Source: a virus. Taken from it: a stretch of DNA of 64,000 nucleotides. Position 1 is the stretch's first letter. Every line of letters starts with the position of its first letter. The DNA lies in IMG/VR virus record IMGVR_UViG_3300045988_168162, positions 1 to 64,000 of that record. One strand, given 5' to 3'. Below are positions 1 to 9,376 of the stretch, in pieces. The translations under genes and the position numbers were made by a program. The notes under the pieces were generated by a model. It did not search any database. It was not told the origin of the DNA and worked only from the letters and a program-made list of their open reading frames with translations.

Positions 1-16
1 TTTCAAAACTTCCATT

Positions 17-241
17 TTATTCTCCTTTAAGAGTGGCTTTGGTGGTGTCGGATGCGGAGTAGATGATGGATTTATCAAGGCAATCTACGACGCCGACAGT
101 TGGAACGTTCGTTATGGTGGGTCTGCCAACCGGGTTGTAAGGGTTATACATCCCATTATGGTTGACAGGATCTTCCTCAATGGTAGTTTTCTTGATGAGC
201 TTTCCGTTGGTGTCGTACTCCTCGATGATGGTTTTCTTCAT
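17..241 (-). CDS. hypothetical protein (74 aa)
   Basis: Minus-strand ORF directly abutting the next gene (241/242). No recognisable motif. Confidence 0.4.
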   Translation of the reverse strand: MKKTIIEEYDTNGKLIKKTTIEEDPVNHNGMYNPYNPVGRPTITNVPTVGVVDCLDKSIIYSASDTTKATLKGE

Positions 242-430
242 TTACTGCTCCTTATAATACAGTCCGCAGTGGCAGACGCCGGATTTCTGCTCACGAAACT
301 CTTTACACATACACTTAGTTTCCGGCGTATGGGTGAGACGGCAGGGGCAGTAGCCATCATTGGTCTTGATAGAATCACGGAACTCTTTTACCTCATCATC
401 CGTCCACGACGGGTTGGTTTTGATTCTCAT
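242..430 (-). CDS. ferredoxin:thioredoxin-reductase catalytic-chain-like Cys-rich protein (62 aa)
   Basis: Cys pattern CPC-x9-CMC-x10-CHC (GYCPCR..CMCKEF..VCHCGLY) resembles the FTR catalytic subunit CPC/CPC/CHC signature. 4-nt overlap with nrdG. Confidence 0.55.
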   Translation of the reverse strand: MRIKTNPSWTDDEVKEFRDSIKTNDGYCPCRLTHTPETKCMCKEFREQKSGVCHCGLYYKEQ

Positions 431-942
431 TTATACTCCTTCTTGAACAGGTAATTGGCAGGCTCGTACTGCGCGTTGTGATAGCCGCCTTGTACCTTTT
501 TATAGAACACCTGATTGGTGGTGGGACTATCCAGTCCGCCACATTCTTTGATGTATGGGCCAACCTTGACATAATCGAACAGGGACATGTTGGCGGCAAA
601 GTTTCTTTCTGGAATCAGCGCTACGAACTCGTCCAGTATACAGCCGGAATAAACACAGGTTTTGAGGTGATTCTCGTGGCAAAACTGTGCCAGTTGCATA
701 AGCTCCAAAATGTTCTGGTCGCCGCCCATAAAGCAGACGCAGGTGATAAGACCGTCATACTTTTGAATTAGCTTTGGCAGGTCTTGCGCTGCTGGACTGC
801 CGCTGTACTCCCACAGAAACTTGGAATGGCAGTCTGGACAGTGATGCTGGCAGCCGGTGATTTCCAGCACAAGGCTTGTCTCGCCGGGGACCTCCTGAAA
901 TGTAACATCATAGTGGCTGTACAAAAGCGGTTTATTTTGCAT
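427..942 (-). CDS. nrdG: anaerobic ribonucleotide reductase activating protein
   Basis: Radical-SAM-type cluster ITGCQHHCPDCHS in a ~170 aa protein immediately downstream of nrdD. Start placed at MQNKPLL (ATG 942); the longer track ORF would overlap nrdD by 90 nt. Confidence 0.85.
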   Translation of the reverse strand: MQNKPLLYSHYDVTFQEVPGETSLVLEITGCQHHCPDCHSKFLWEYSGSPAAQDLPKLIQKYDGLITCVCFMGGDQNILELMQLAQFCHENHLKTCVYSGCILDEFVALIPERNFAANMSLFDYVKVGPYIKECGGLDSPTTNQVFYKKVQGGYHNAQYEPANYLFKKEYK

Positions 943-2767
943 AATAGCGCTTCGCAGCCTCCTTCTGACGTGCCTCGGAGAAGCTGGAGACACGCTTAAG
1001 GTAACCGATGACACGGGTAGCATAGTCTAAATTCTCGCTGCCGCACTTTTGGCACTTGCGCAGATGATGCTTGGAGATATGGCCGCAGTCATTGCAGATG
1101 GTGTTAGGCACATTTACCGTCCAATAGGGGCAGCCGGTCTTGATCGCCACGTTGAGCAGGTTGTGGTACTGTTCCTTGGTGAGGTGCTCCTCCAGATTCA
1201 GGTGCAGAGCACTGCCGCCATCGAGATACTGGGTCATTTTAGAGCCATGGAGCATAAACTTATCCAGTGGCTTGGTAGTATCCTCGACCACATAGAAGTA
1301 GCTGTTGTAGCAGTCACGCGGGACGACAAAGCCATCCTGCTTATCCCACTTGGCATTCTTTACGCCGAGATTTTCAGCGGGGACGTACTCGGTATTGAAC
1401 ATCAAATCATCGGTCTTTGCGGCCTTGTTTTCGTCGTAGATGACCTTAAGCACGGAGTTGGTGAAGTTTACATAATTCTCATCGTCCGGCGAGATGGTGT
1501 AGCCCAGGAACTCGCAGCCCTCGACATAGCCATTGATGCCGATGGTAAGGAACTGTTTTTCCAGCGAGATATAGCCAGCATTATAGATTGGCAGCAGACC
1601 GGCCTTGAGTTCCTCTTTGAGGATTTCGTTCCATGCTTTGAGGTAGACGTGGATATCGCGTACCTGTTCACGGACAACCTCGCAGATGTCACGGTTTTCC
1701 TTTACGGCGGTCTGAATCAGGCGGTTCATATTGATGGTGATAACGCCCTTGGAGCCAGTAGACACGCCGCCAGCGCCCAGAGTATAGCTGAAGGTGTTAT
1801 CCTGCAGCTCGTTACGCAGGCGGCAGCAGGAAGCCAGAGAATCGACACTGCCCGAGCGGTAGATAAAGAAGCTGTGACCTTTGGCAAGCATCTCAGCGGC
1901 GAAATCTGCCCATTCCTTATCGACATAATCCGTACCGTCATCCAGCAGGTTCAAAGTCTCGACAGGGAAGGTAAGAATCTTCTTCAGGCGCTCCTGATTG
2001 AGCCAGTTCATAAAACGTTTCTGGAGCCAAGAGACAGACTCCCACTGCATTTCGGTGCCGTCAGGGAATACAAAATCCTCAAACATGCCATTGAAATAAG
2101 GTGCGTCAAAGTATGCACAGTTCCAGAAGATGGACTGGAAATTGCGGGCTGCTGCAGGCTGGTTGAGCGAATAGACGACCTGCTCAAAATGGTCGGTAAT
2201 TACCTTGTCAATGGTGCGCTTGCGTGTGGACATATCCACGACATCATCGGCATGCTGGTAGTAGTCATTGCCGTAGTCCTTACGGATGAAATAGTCCATG
2301 TAAGCGATAAATTCCGGCGTAGAAACAGCGCCAGCAAACTGGGATGCAATGGCAAAGCAGAGGTTGATGAACTCCCCGCAGAAGGAATCGAGATTATGCG
2401 GGGCACAGGAGCCGCCGCCGATGCTCTCCAGACCGTTGTATAGGAACGGGTACATGGTGATGCTGGTGCAGTAGGGGAGCAGCGGATTAGTTTCGTCATG
2501 GCGGTAGATGAAGTGGTGGTCGAGCTGGTAGATGTACTTGTCGGCGTATTCCTGCCCAGCCATCTCCTTAATCTTCTTCCACATGCGCAGGCGGTTGACA
2601 CCGATGCCGTCCTTTTTGTACAGCTCGCCGGTGAGCGTGGTTACATTCTTGCTCTCGACATTGGCGTTGGCATCCACCTTGCTGCCGGTTGCTGCGTTGG
2701 TAGACTCTGCATATTCTTTGATATAGTCCAGATAGGGCTGATATTTCTCGTACTGCTCGATAGCCAT
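932..2767 (-). CDS. nrdD: anaerobic (class III) ribonucleoside-triphosphate reductase
   Basis: 611 aa. C-terminal Zn ribbon CNDCGH..CQKCGS followed by glycyl-radical motif TRVIGYL. Paired with nrdG. Confidence 0.93.
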   Translation of the reverse strand: MAIEQYEKYQPYLDYIKEYAESTNAATGSKVDANANVESKNVTTLTGELYKKDGIGVNRLRMWKKIKEMAGQEYADKYIYQLDHHFIYRHDETNPLLPYCTSITMYPFLYNGLESIGGGSCAPHNLDSFCGEFINLCFAIASQFAGAVSTPEFIAYMDYFIRKDYGNDYYQHADDVVDMSTRKRTIDKVITDHFEQVVYSLNQPAAARNFQSIFWNCAYFDAPYFNGMFEDFVFPDGTEMQWESVSWLQKRFMNWLNQERLKKILTFPVETLNLLDDGTDYVDKEWADFAAEMLAKGHSFFIYRSGSVDSLASCCRLRNELQDNTFSYTLGAGGVSTGSKGVITINMNRLIQTAVKENRDICEVVREQVRDIHVYLKAWNEILKEELKAGLLPIYNAGYISLEKQFLTIGINGYVEGCEFLGYTISPDDENYVNFTNSVLKVIYDENKAAKTDDLMFNTEYVPAENLGVKNAKWDKQDGFVVPRDCYNSYFYVVEDTTKPLDKFMLHGSKMTQYLDGGSALHLNLEEHLTKEQYHNLLNVAIKTGCPYWTVNVPNTICNDCGHISKHHLRKCQKCGSENLDYATRVIGYLKRVSSFSEARQKEAAKRYYAK

Positions 2768-2970
2768 TACATACCTCCTACGATCTTCATTGCTTCCTTG
2801 AATCCATACTGTTTGTTGCCAATCTGGAGTACCGGCATCATATCCATGCCCATCTCCAGCATTTTGTTTTTGTCCGTAAACTCCGTATATTGGACGTTCT
2901 TTTCCTTGAGCTTATCGGCAAGGATGGTACAGCGCGGACAATGCGTTGTGTAGAGAATTACATTTTCCAT
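2767..2970 (-). CDS. glutaredoxin/NrdH-like redoxin (67 aa)
   Basis: N-terminal CPRC redox motif (LYTTHCPRCTIL), thioredoxin-fold size, start/stop overlap with nrdD. Confidence 0.75.
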   Translation of the reverse strand: MENVILYTTHCPRCTILADKLKEKNVQYTEFTDKNKMLEMGMDMMPVLQIGNKQYGFKEAMKIVGGM

Positions 2971-2976
2971 AAGCTA

Positions 2977-3303
2977 TTACTTCTCCTGCTTTTTAAGCGT
3001 GGCTGCCTTGACTTTGTCGTCGCTGATGGTGTAATTCACATCGTATGTGCTGACCGTAATCTCCTCGGCCTTCTGATCCTGCTTGATACGCTCAATTTTG
3101 CGGTTGAGATACCATGCGGCCTTTTCGAGGTCCTGCAGGGCGGAGTTACCGGCCTTAAGACCGGCACGGCAGATATACTTGACGGTGTTGCCGAGGTGGA
3201 AGCCAAGACCCCATGCCTCAATCACCTTGATGGTTTCGTATGTATCATCAGCGCCACCGTAGTAATCCGGGTGGTCAACTGCATTAGAAAGTGTTTTTGC
3301 CAT
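2977..3303 (-). CDS. DUF3310 (SaV-like) protein
   Basis: HPDYYGG .. IEAWGLGFHLGNTVKYICRAG .. DLEKAAWYL signature. Start at MAKTLS preceded by AAAGGAGG. Confidence 0.7.
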   Translation of the reverse strand: MAKTLSNAVDHPDYYGGADDTYETIKVIEAWGLGFHLGNTVKYICRAGLKAGNSALQDLEKAAWYLNRKIERIKQDQKAEEITVSTYDVNYTISDDKVKAATLKKQEK

Positions 3304-3314
3304 AAAGACCTCCT

Positions 3315-3809
3315 TTATGCGTATAGGAAACAACTGAGGACCCAACCGAAGAAGAGTCCGAACAGGGGTGGGATAAACTCGCTGGCAGCTGCCATAATGG
3401 CGAAGTACACGGAATCCGGCATGTTGTATTTATCGGCATCCGTAAAATCGCCGTCTACCATCTTGTGCAGATAATTAGCGCATGGGTCATTTAACTCGAT
3501 GCGGCCAAAATTCGTGCGCAGCATCTGGAACGCGAATACCAGGCAATAGCCCTGCAGCCAGGTGATGGTATGAAACCCGGCCAGCGAGACAAACCAGTTC
3601 CAATACTGGGCAATGACATAGCCCCACAGTGGGATGGACAGAATCATAATGCCGAGCCAGATAGCCTTATACTTAGCCCGGTGGCCGATTACTTTTACAT
3701 CATCCCGCAGTTTGACCTTGAGGGCTTCATACTCTAAGTAGAGTTTTGCGGTTTCCGGGTCCATGGTATCGGCAACATTGTCAATGTAAGATTGTTCTTC
3801 CGGGGTCAT
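3315..3809 (-). CDS. integral membrane protein (164 aa)
   Basis: Several hydrophobic helices (IWLGIMILSIPLWGYVIAQYW, GYCLVFAFQML, FIPPLFGLFFGWVLSCFLY). Confidence 0.5.
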   Translation of the reverse strand: MTPEEQSYIDNVADTMDPETAKLYLEYEALKVKLRDDVKVIGHRAKYKAIWLGIMILSIPLWGYVIAQYWNWFVSLAGFHTITWLQGYCLVFAFQMLRTNFGRIELNDPCANYLHKMVDGDFTDADKYNMPDSVYFAIMAAASEFIPPLFGLFFGWVLSCFLYA

Positions 3810-4426
3810 TCAATCACCTCGATATCGTTAAAGATTTCAGGATAGACGTCCTGCAGCTCGTGCAGGACGGGGATCATCAGTTCTCGGATAGCAGGGTGGG
3901 CATCCTTGGCGGTGCGCAGGCGCAGGACCTCATGCCACTCGCGCAGGTTCCAGGTACAGACGATCTCGGTTTTTAGGCACAAGGGCAGGACATCACGGGC
4001 TTGCTCCGGGGTGGCACCATTTTTCAGCATGTCCAAATAACACTGTTCCGCTTGCCAACAAGCATCTACCACATCTTTCATCACGATTCCTGTATAACCG
4101 TGGTTGATGATTGTAATTCCGTTATCGAATTTATCCTTGCTGTAATTGCAGTAGCGGGTGGACTCCTGCGCGTAGGAACCGATGCGATGACGGACGATCT
4201 CATTGGCGACACCGCGGTCTGTGATGAATTTGATAGACAGGCTGATATGTTCGATCATGGCATAGTGGTGGTTCTTACAGAGCATTGCGACCATTTTTGC
4301 ATCACTGCCCGGCTTGATGGCACCCTCGCTTTTATAACAGGTACGGGCGATCTGCTCGATACGCGGGAGCGTTACATCACGGTTGAGCGGTGTGATCCAC
4401 TCATGGGATTGCTGTACGATTTTCAA
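3806..4426 (-). CDS. thyX: flavin-dependent thymidylate synthase
   Basis: RHRIGSYAQESTRY matches the ThyX RHRxxSxxxxSxRY motif. TTG start overlapping the upstream stop. Confidence 0.9.
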   Translation of the reverse strand: MKIVQQSHEWITPLNRDVTLPRIEQIARTCYKSEGAIKPGSDAKMVAMLCKNHHYAMIEHISLSIKFITDRGVANEIVRHRIGSYAQESTRYCNYSKDKFDNGITIINHGYTGIVMKDVVDACWQAEQCYLDMLKNGATPEQARDVLPLCLKTEIVCTWNLREWHEVLRLRTAKDAHPAIRELMIPVLHELQDVYPEIFNDIEVIE

Positions 4427-4674
4427 TCTTCGATCTCCTCTTTTCTGGGTTTATAACAGGTACATGTCACTGGGTAGCTATACTGGTCGTATTCTAATGG
4501 GCAAGACTTAGTCGCTACGCGGAGGCCATTACCGTCAATGGCAATACAGTGTTCGCATGTAGTACACATGTCCGTTCCGGTTTTATCTCCCTTTTTATAG
4601 GTAAGCATCTCGAACAGGAGACGGCCTATAACAGCGCCAGAAAAGCATAGAGTCAAACTTAGAATCAGTTCCAT
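4423..4674 (-). CDS. small Cys-rich membrane-anchored protein
   Basis: N-terminal hydrophobic helix, then CTTCEHC .. C .. CTC cysteines. ATG 4674 lies 8 nt after AAGGAG. Confidence 0.45.
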   Translation of the reverse strand: MELILSLTLCFSGAVIGRLLFEMLTYKKGDKTGTDMCTTCEHCIAIDGNGLRVATKSCPLEYDQYSYPVTCTCYKPRKEEIED

Positions 4675-4676
4675 GC

Positions 4677-4877
4677 TCACTTCTCCTTGATATAGTTCTT
4701 ACATGGTTCCCGGCGGGCGAAAGCTTGGCGCTGGGCAGGGGATAGGTCATTATAATTAAAGGTGCGAACCGGCTTACAGTTGGCATCGTAGGCACGGCAC
4801 ATCACGTTGAGTTCTTCGCGTGACCGCTCCTTACGATTCAGTTCGCGGTGGTTTAGAAATGCCAAGTGAGGAATCAC
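4677..4877 (-). CDS. hypothetical protein (start uncertain, GTG 4877 or TTG 4865)
   Basis: ORF in the co-directional array. GGAGTGAT SD overlaps the upstream stop. Confidence 0.4.
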   Translation of the reverse strand: MIPHLAFLNHRELNRKERSREELNVMCRAYDANCKPVRTFNYNDLSPAQRQAFARREPCKNYIKEK

Positions 4878-5083
4878 TCCTTTATCTTTTGATAGACCGT
4901 ATAGGCGTGGTTTTTTAAATCGATAGGTAGAAAAATAAGGCGGCCAGCCAGAAGAACGAAGTATCCGATTTGCAGACTGGTGCAGACCTCGTAATCATGA
5001 CCGCACAGGAGGGCGATACCGGTATCGGGGTAGTTCTCGTTCATATGTACCATATCAATGGGCTTAGGTTTTCTTGGAAACAT
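4874..5083 (-). CDS. hypothetical protein (start uncertain)
   Basis: ORF from the track, trimmed to the internal ATG (MFPRKPKP) to limit overlap with the upstream gene. Confidence 0.3.
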   Translation of the reverse strand: MFPRKPKPIDMVHMNENYPDTGIALLCGHDYEVCTSLQIGYFVLLAGRLIFLPIDLKNHAYTVYQKIKE

Positions 5084-5288
5084 CCGGGGCGAAAACCTCC
5101 TTATCAAAATTTGGGTCTTTACTGGTCTTGGTCTTTTTCCAGGCTGTGCCATCCGGCATGAATAACGAAAATGAACCCGGCGGGTTGGTTTCTGTTACGA
5201 TAGCCAAGATCTCCTTGGTGCCGTTTGGCTTAGTATGGAAATATTGCAGGCAGACCCGCTGGCCTTTGGGCGGCTTAAACTCTTTCAT
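5064..5288 (-). CDS. hypothetical protein (74 aa)
   Basis: Start at MKEFKPP (ATG 5288) with GGAGAT SD, 2 nt after the upstream stop. The longer track ORF overlaps the upstream gene. Confidence 0.45.
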   Translation of the reverse strand: MKEFKPPKGQRVCLQYFHTKPNGTKEILAIVTETNPPGSFSLFMPDGTAWKKTKTSKDPNFDKEVFAPDVSKKT

Positions 5289-5290
5289 GG

Positions 5291-5803
5291 TCAGATCTCC
5301 TTGAGAGCCTCGATCATCTCGCGGTAGAGAACATCGTAGATGAGCCTGGCCGTGGTATCTGGATGACACATGAGGATTTGACTGTCATAGCGGGCCATCC
5401 AGGTGGTCATGCTGGCCGTCAGAGCGTTGGGTTTCATTTGACTGCGGTACTGGCCGGTGTAAGCTTTTTCCCAAGTAGCTTGTTCTACCAGCAGATAGAG
5501 TTTGGCATCTGCGGCCTGGGCACGCTCGAACTCACGCTTGAAGCGGTCGCGGCTGGTGGATAGATTGCCAGCCAATTCGGTCAAATTCTGTTTACGCTCA
5601 ATACAGGCTTTATCGGCCAGACTAAACGTGACACCGCTTGGTAGCTCGCACTGGGCGGAATAATCACCAAAATCCAGTTTCGTCTTAATAACCGGGCAGC
5701 CAAACTTACAGATACGAGCACGGTATTTCTCGGTATCATGCTCACGGCTGTCTACCAGGATGGTGAAGCTTTTGAGACAGTCTTTTACGGATTGTGAATC
5801 GAT
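5291..5803 (-). CDS. ERCC4/Mus81-Hef-type nuclease (170 aa), apparent ATC start
   Basis: ILVDSREH .. GDYS .. IERKQNLTELAGNL .. RFKRE is the ERCC4 nuclease core (DxRE, GDY, ERK). The frame is open up to 5803 with no ATG/GTG/TTG. AGGAGGTGATTTT precedes ATC at 5803. Confidence 0.6.
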   Translation of the reverse strand: MDSQSVKDCLKSFTILVDSREHDTEKYRARICKFGCPVIKTKLDFGDYSAQCELPSGVTFSLADKACIERKQNLTELAGNLSTSRDRFKREFERAQAADAKLYLLVEQATWEKAYTGQYRSQMKPNALTASMTTWMARYDSQILMCHPDTTARLIYDVLYREMIEALKEI

Positions 5804-5814
5804 AAAATCACCTC

Positions 5815-5973
5815 CTATCCAACCTGGTATAGTGCATAGGTCAGCACGCCAAGGGCGGCGATCTGAACGAGCGATGCAATGATGATGACTGCGTTGCGCT
5901 CAGTATGATGCTGCCAGATGAAGCTGCCAATGATCATGGCCAGGCCAATAATGACGCATAGATTACTAAAAAT
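5815..5973 (-). CDS. small membrane protein (52 aa), apparent ATT start
   Basis: Two hydrophobic helices (LCVIIGLAMIIGSFIW, VIIIASLVQIAALGVLTYALY). GGAGGTGATTCT precedes ATT at 5973. An internal ATG alternative at 5937 has no SD. Confidence 0.35.
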   Translation of the reverse strand: MFSNLCVIIGLAMIIGSFIWQHHTERNAVIIIASLVQIAALGVLTYALYQVG

Positions 5974-5986
5974 AGAATCACCTCCG

Positions 5987-6163
5987 TCAGATGAGGGACT
6001 GGAAGTTCTCCAGCTGGTAGGTCATGATGGACGACAAGAACAGCAGGTAGCTGAGTATGCCGATCTCTACATATTTATTGTCAGTCCGGAAGCTGATCAG
6101 CATGGCGATGGGAATGGAGAGCAGCTCTGCGAAAAATAGGATGATGTTGAAAATCTGGATCAC
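5987..6163 (-). CDS. small membrane protein (58 aa)
   Basis: Hydrophobic ORF. GTG start forms a GTGA overlap with the dnaE stop. Confidence 0.4.
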   Translation of the reverse strand: MIQIFNIILFFAELLSIPIAMLISFRTDNKYVEIGILSYLLFLSSIMTYQLENFQSLI

Positions 6164-9100
6164 CTCACATGGGAATATCTTGTAAGAAACTCGTTGAAGT
6201 CTGTTGTGGACTGCACCCACTGGTCGCCGTCCTTACTCCATTTACCCTCAGTATGAGTGTCGAGCACCTTGATGATCTCGCCTGGTTCGACAGGGTTATC
6301 GTCGAGGGTGCATGGACGGATCTTATAAGTGATGGTTTCGCCGGAGCAAAGCTGATAGAGGGTGATGTTCTTGTTTTTGTACTTGCCCTCGATAGCGGTG
6401 ACGTAGTGGTAGGTGGTGGCGAGGCGGGGGTTGGTGTATTGAAGGTAGCCGAGGTAGTCACTTTGCGCTTTTAGAATCTGCGTGACGCGAAGCTTTTCGT
6501 CCGGCATGTCGTTCCAGATTTCTTGCAATGCCGCATCGCAATCGAAATTCTTATAAGTTTTAAGCTTGTCTGTTGTCTCTGAATATTTCTTTATGTATTC
6601 GATATAGGGAGAATCAGTATCCTTTGGAAACTGTGTACGCCCATACAGCTGATTGCAGGCATCAATAAATTTAAGAATTTTGTTGCCGCCAGCAAATGGC
6701 GAGAAGTAATCCAGCAGAACAAGCGTTTCGATTTTGGCGGAATTCAGACTGCGAGTGTGCGACATTTCTTTCCAAAGAGAATAAAAATCGTTATACTTGC
6801 CGGTTTGATATAGCTTGTACAGATCATTGGCGCAGCCCTGACTTAGCCCCTTGATGGACAGCAGGGAAGGATCAATAGCGTGATTGGCTTTATCGGCAGT
6901 GAATTTACGATTATCATGCCCCCATTGGATTGGTCCCTCATGGATACCAAAGCCGCGAAGCATTTCGGATTTTAGGGAAGAGACTTTATCCTTTTTGCCC
7001 TTGTTAGAGAAATGCTGGAGACAGACCTCATAAAATTCATAGGGATAAGTAGCCTTTTGCCAGGCATTGTAAAGGGAATCATAGGCCATACAGCAGCTAT
7101 GGCTGGCATTGAAGGAATAGGCCGTGGCATCACTTATGATTTGCCAAATTTCACCAGAGACTTCTTCGGGAGTTTTACCGGACGTGCATTGACCTTTAAG
7201 CTTTTCGCACATTCCTGTGACAAACTGACTTTTTAGCGGGCGTACTTTTTCTGGATGTTTTTTCGCAATGTCTTTTATAATTCCATAGCAGCGGTCCATC
7301 GGGAATCCTGCAAAATTAAGAACAGACATAAGTTGTTCTTGGGTTAAAATGAAACTATAGGGGAACTCTTCCGTTTGCAAAATGGTATCCAAAGCCGGTA
7401 TTCCGTAAGAAAATGGCTCACGACTTTCAAATTTTGAGTACATAGACTTGAAGCCAGGACGAATAGCCGCGATAAAATTAGCAAGCTCGGAAACATTTTT
7501 TGGTTTATAGCGCAAGAGTTTTTGCGTTGTGGAAGCTCTCTCACATTGATTGACGCCGCAAGTTAAACCTTTAGAATAAATATTCCAGACGTCTGGATTA
7601 TCCTTGACCGCATCTGAAAGCTCATCTACCGTCAAAGGTTTCATTCCGATACGTTTAAAAACTGCATCTGTGAGGGCAACAGTATCAACGATCAGCCAGT
7701 CATTTTTAAGGAACTTGTATTTTTCTGCAACAGCACCATCAACAACAGTGGTGATATATTCCTTCTTGGTCGTTTCGCTCTTACATTTAATGAGGCCAAT
7801 TTGCCGCCGAATAGATCCCGCATAGAGCATATAGGCACAGGGGGCTTTGGATTTGGAAACGATCAATCCCCAATAAACTTCGCTTTTTTTGACGAGATCT
7901 TGGTATTCAGGATCAACATAATCATAGATGTTAATTTCATCTTTTTCGTCATCGTCAGCGTATTTCATGGCCAAGTCATATTTATCAATCTGGTCACTGA
8001 TTTTATTTGCAATTTCAAAATCCAGCTTTTTGGCACGGGCATACATTTTAAATGCTGCCTTCTTTTTCATGGTGCCAAAGGCGATCATGGGATAAGCGTG
8101 GTCTGCACCTAGAATTTCACGCTGGGCACGCTCAAATGGTTCCTGAGCATTGATGTTCTGGTCGATATCTGGAAGGCTATTCGTTTGAATAATTCGAGTT
8201 GTAGACAAGAATCGTTCTGGATATAGTTTGATTGGACTTTTAAAACGATCGACCTTACTGAATCCGCAGAGCGTATTGGTAAAATAACTCACGGCAGAAC
8301 CACGGCCAGTGTTGGTAATAATGCCGCCATACTCGATACCGCGCTTAACGATTTCATAGTCCATCAAAGGATAATCAACCATGCCGGTATCTTTGTAAGT
8401 GTAGACTTCCATTTTGACGCCGTCATAATAGCGCTGATAATCTTCCGGCGGAACATGCTGCATATACTCGCGGAATTTTTTGCTGATGAGTTTATTGTAG
8501 ATATGGAATTTTTCGTCTGGTGTTTTGTCCGGGTAGATGCTGGGAAGTTTACGGTTGGTCTCAAAAACCTCGCTTTGGTAATCCTCGAAATCACAGATCA
8601 AATCAGTATTTTTGATTGCCTTATCTACATCATCAGCAGAAATGATACCCTGTTCGGCAAAGCGTTTGCGGACTGTAACTTCATCTGGGTAGTCCATATA
8701 CCAGCCGTCCTCATCATCGTAATGAGTATTGCTGGCGGCAAGCAGCTCGTCACGTTCAATCGCCTGTTCAGGATAGATGTAATGGCTATCGAGTCCGACA
8801 ATCATCTGGATACCATATTTTTTAGACAGCTCCAGGATTCTGGCATTTAGCCGCTTTTGCTTATCCGTATTGTGTGCTTGGATTTCCAGCATGAAATTAT
8901 CTTTGAAATAGTTATGTAATTTGAGCACCAAATCATCGACATATTCAGGCTCGTATTGCCAGAACGCAACACAGGCGGAAGTTACAAAGACATCATTCTG
9001 CGGTAGAGAAAACAAAAGTTCTTCATCCAGACGGGGGCGGTAGTAGTAGCCATCCTCATTGGCCGTAGACAGAACGTCGTTGATACTCTCGCGGCCATTT

Positions 9101-9372
9101 TCGTTTTTGGCAAGTAATACGATATGGCAGTTCTGCTTATCTTTTTCGTGCCGGTCTTTGACCCAGTAGGCTTCGGTGCCAAAGATGAATTTAAGACCGT
9201 ACTTGATAGCGGTTTCGCGGCATTCGTGATATTTGCCTTGCCAGCCATGTTCAAGAGAACAGAGGATCTTCTGATTAAGTTCTACAGCGCGTTTGGCATA
9301 TTGCTCGTATGTTGCAGGTGAATCAGGAGTATAAATATTGGAACAGCAGGTGTGCTTATGGTAATTCTGAAT
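6160..9372 (-). CDS. dnaE: DNA polymerase III alpha subunit (1070 aa), apparent ATT start
   Basis: N-terminal PHP motif YHKHTCCSNIYTPDS and Pol III alpha size and architecture. In-frame ATT at 9372 follows GGAGGTGATACT. The upstream gene stop TGA sits inside that SD. Confidence 0.88.
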   Translation of the reverse strand: MQNYHKHTCCSNIYTPDSPATYEQYAKRAVELNQKILCSLEHGWQGKYHECRETAIKYGLKFIFGTEAYWVKDRHEKDKQNCHIVLLAKNENGRESINDVLSTANEDGYYYRPRLDEELLFSLPQNDVFVTSACVAFWQYEPEYVDDLVLKLHNYFKDNFMLEIQAHNTDKQKRLNARILELSKKYGIQMIVGLDSHYIYPEQAIERDELLAASNTHYDDEDGWYMDYPDEVTVRKRFAEQGIISADDVDKAIKNTDLICDFEDYQSEVFETNRKLPSIYPDKTPDEKFHIYNKLISKKFREYMQHVPPEDYQRYYDGVKMEVYTYKDTGMVDYPLMDYEIVKRGIEYGGIITNTGRGSAVSYFTNTLCGFSKVDRFKSPIKLYPERFLSTTRIIQTNSLPDIDQNINAQEPFERAQREILGADHAYPMIAFGTMKKKAAFKMYARAKKLDFEIANKISDQIDKYDLAMKYADDDEKDEINIYDYVDPEYQDLVKKSEVYWGLIVSKSKAPCAYMLYAGSIRRQIGLIKCKSETTKKEYITTVVDGAVAEKYKFLKNDWLIVDTVALTDAVFKRIGMKPLTVDELSDAVKDNPDVWNIYSKGLTCGVNQCERASTTQKLLRYKPKNVSELANFIAAIRPGFKSMYSKFESREPFSYGIPALDTILQTEEFPYSFILTQEQLMSVLNFAGFPMDRCYGIIKDIAKKHPEKVRPLKSQFVTGMCEKLKGQCTSGKTPEEVSGEIWQIISDATAYSFNASHSCCMAYDSLYNAWQKATYPYEFYEVCLQHFSNKGKKDKVSSLKSEMLRGFGIHEGPIQWGHDNRKFTADKANHAIDPSLLSIKGLSQGCANDLYKLYQTGKYNDFYSLWKEMSHTRSLNSAKIETLVLLDYFSPFAGGNKILKFIDACNQLYGRTQFPKDTDSPYIEYIKKYSETTDKLKTYKNFDCDAALQEIWNDMPDEKLRVTQILKAQSDYLGYLQYTNPRLATTYHYVTAIEGKYKNKNITLYQLCSGETITYKIRPCTLDDNPVEPGEIIKVLDTHTEGKWSKDGDQWVQSTTDFNEFLTRYSHVR

Positions 9373-9376
9373 AGTA

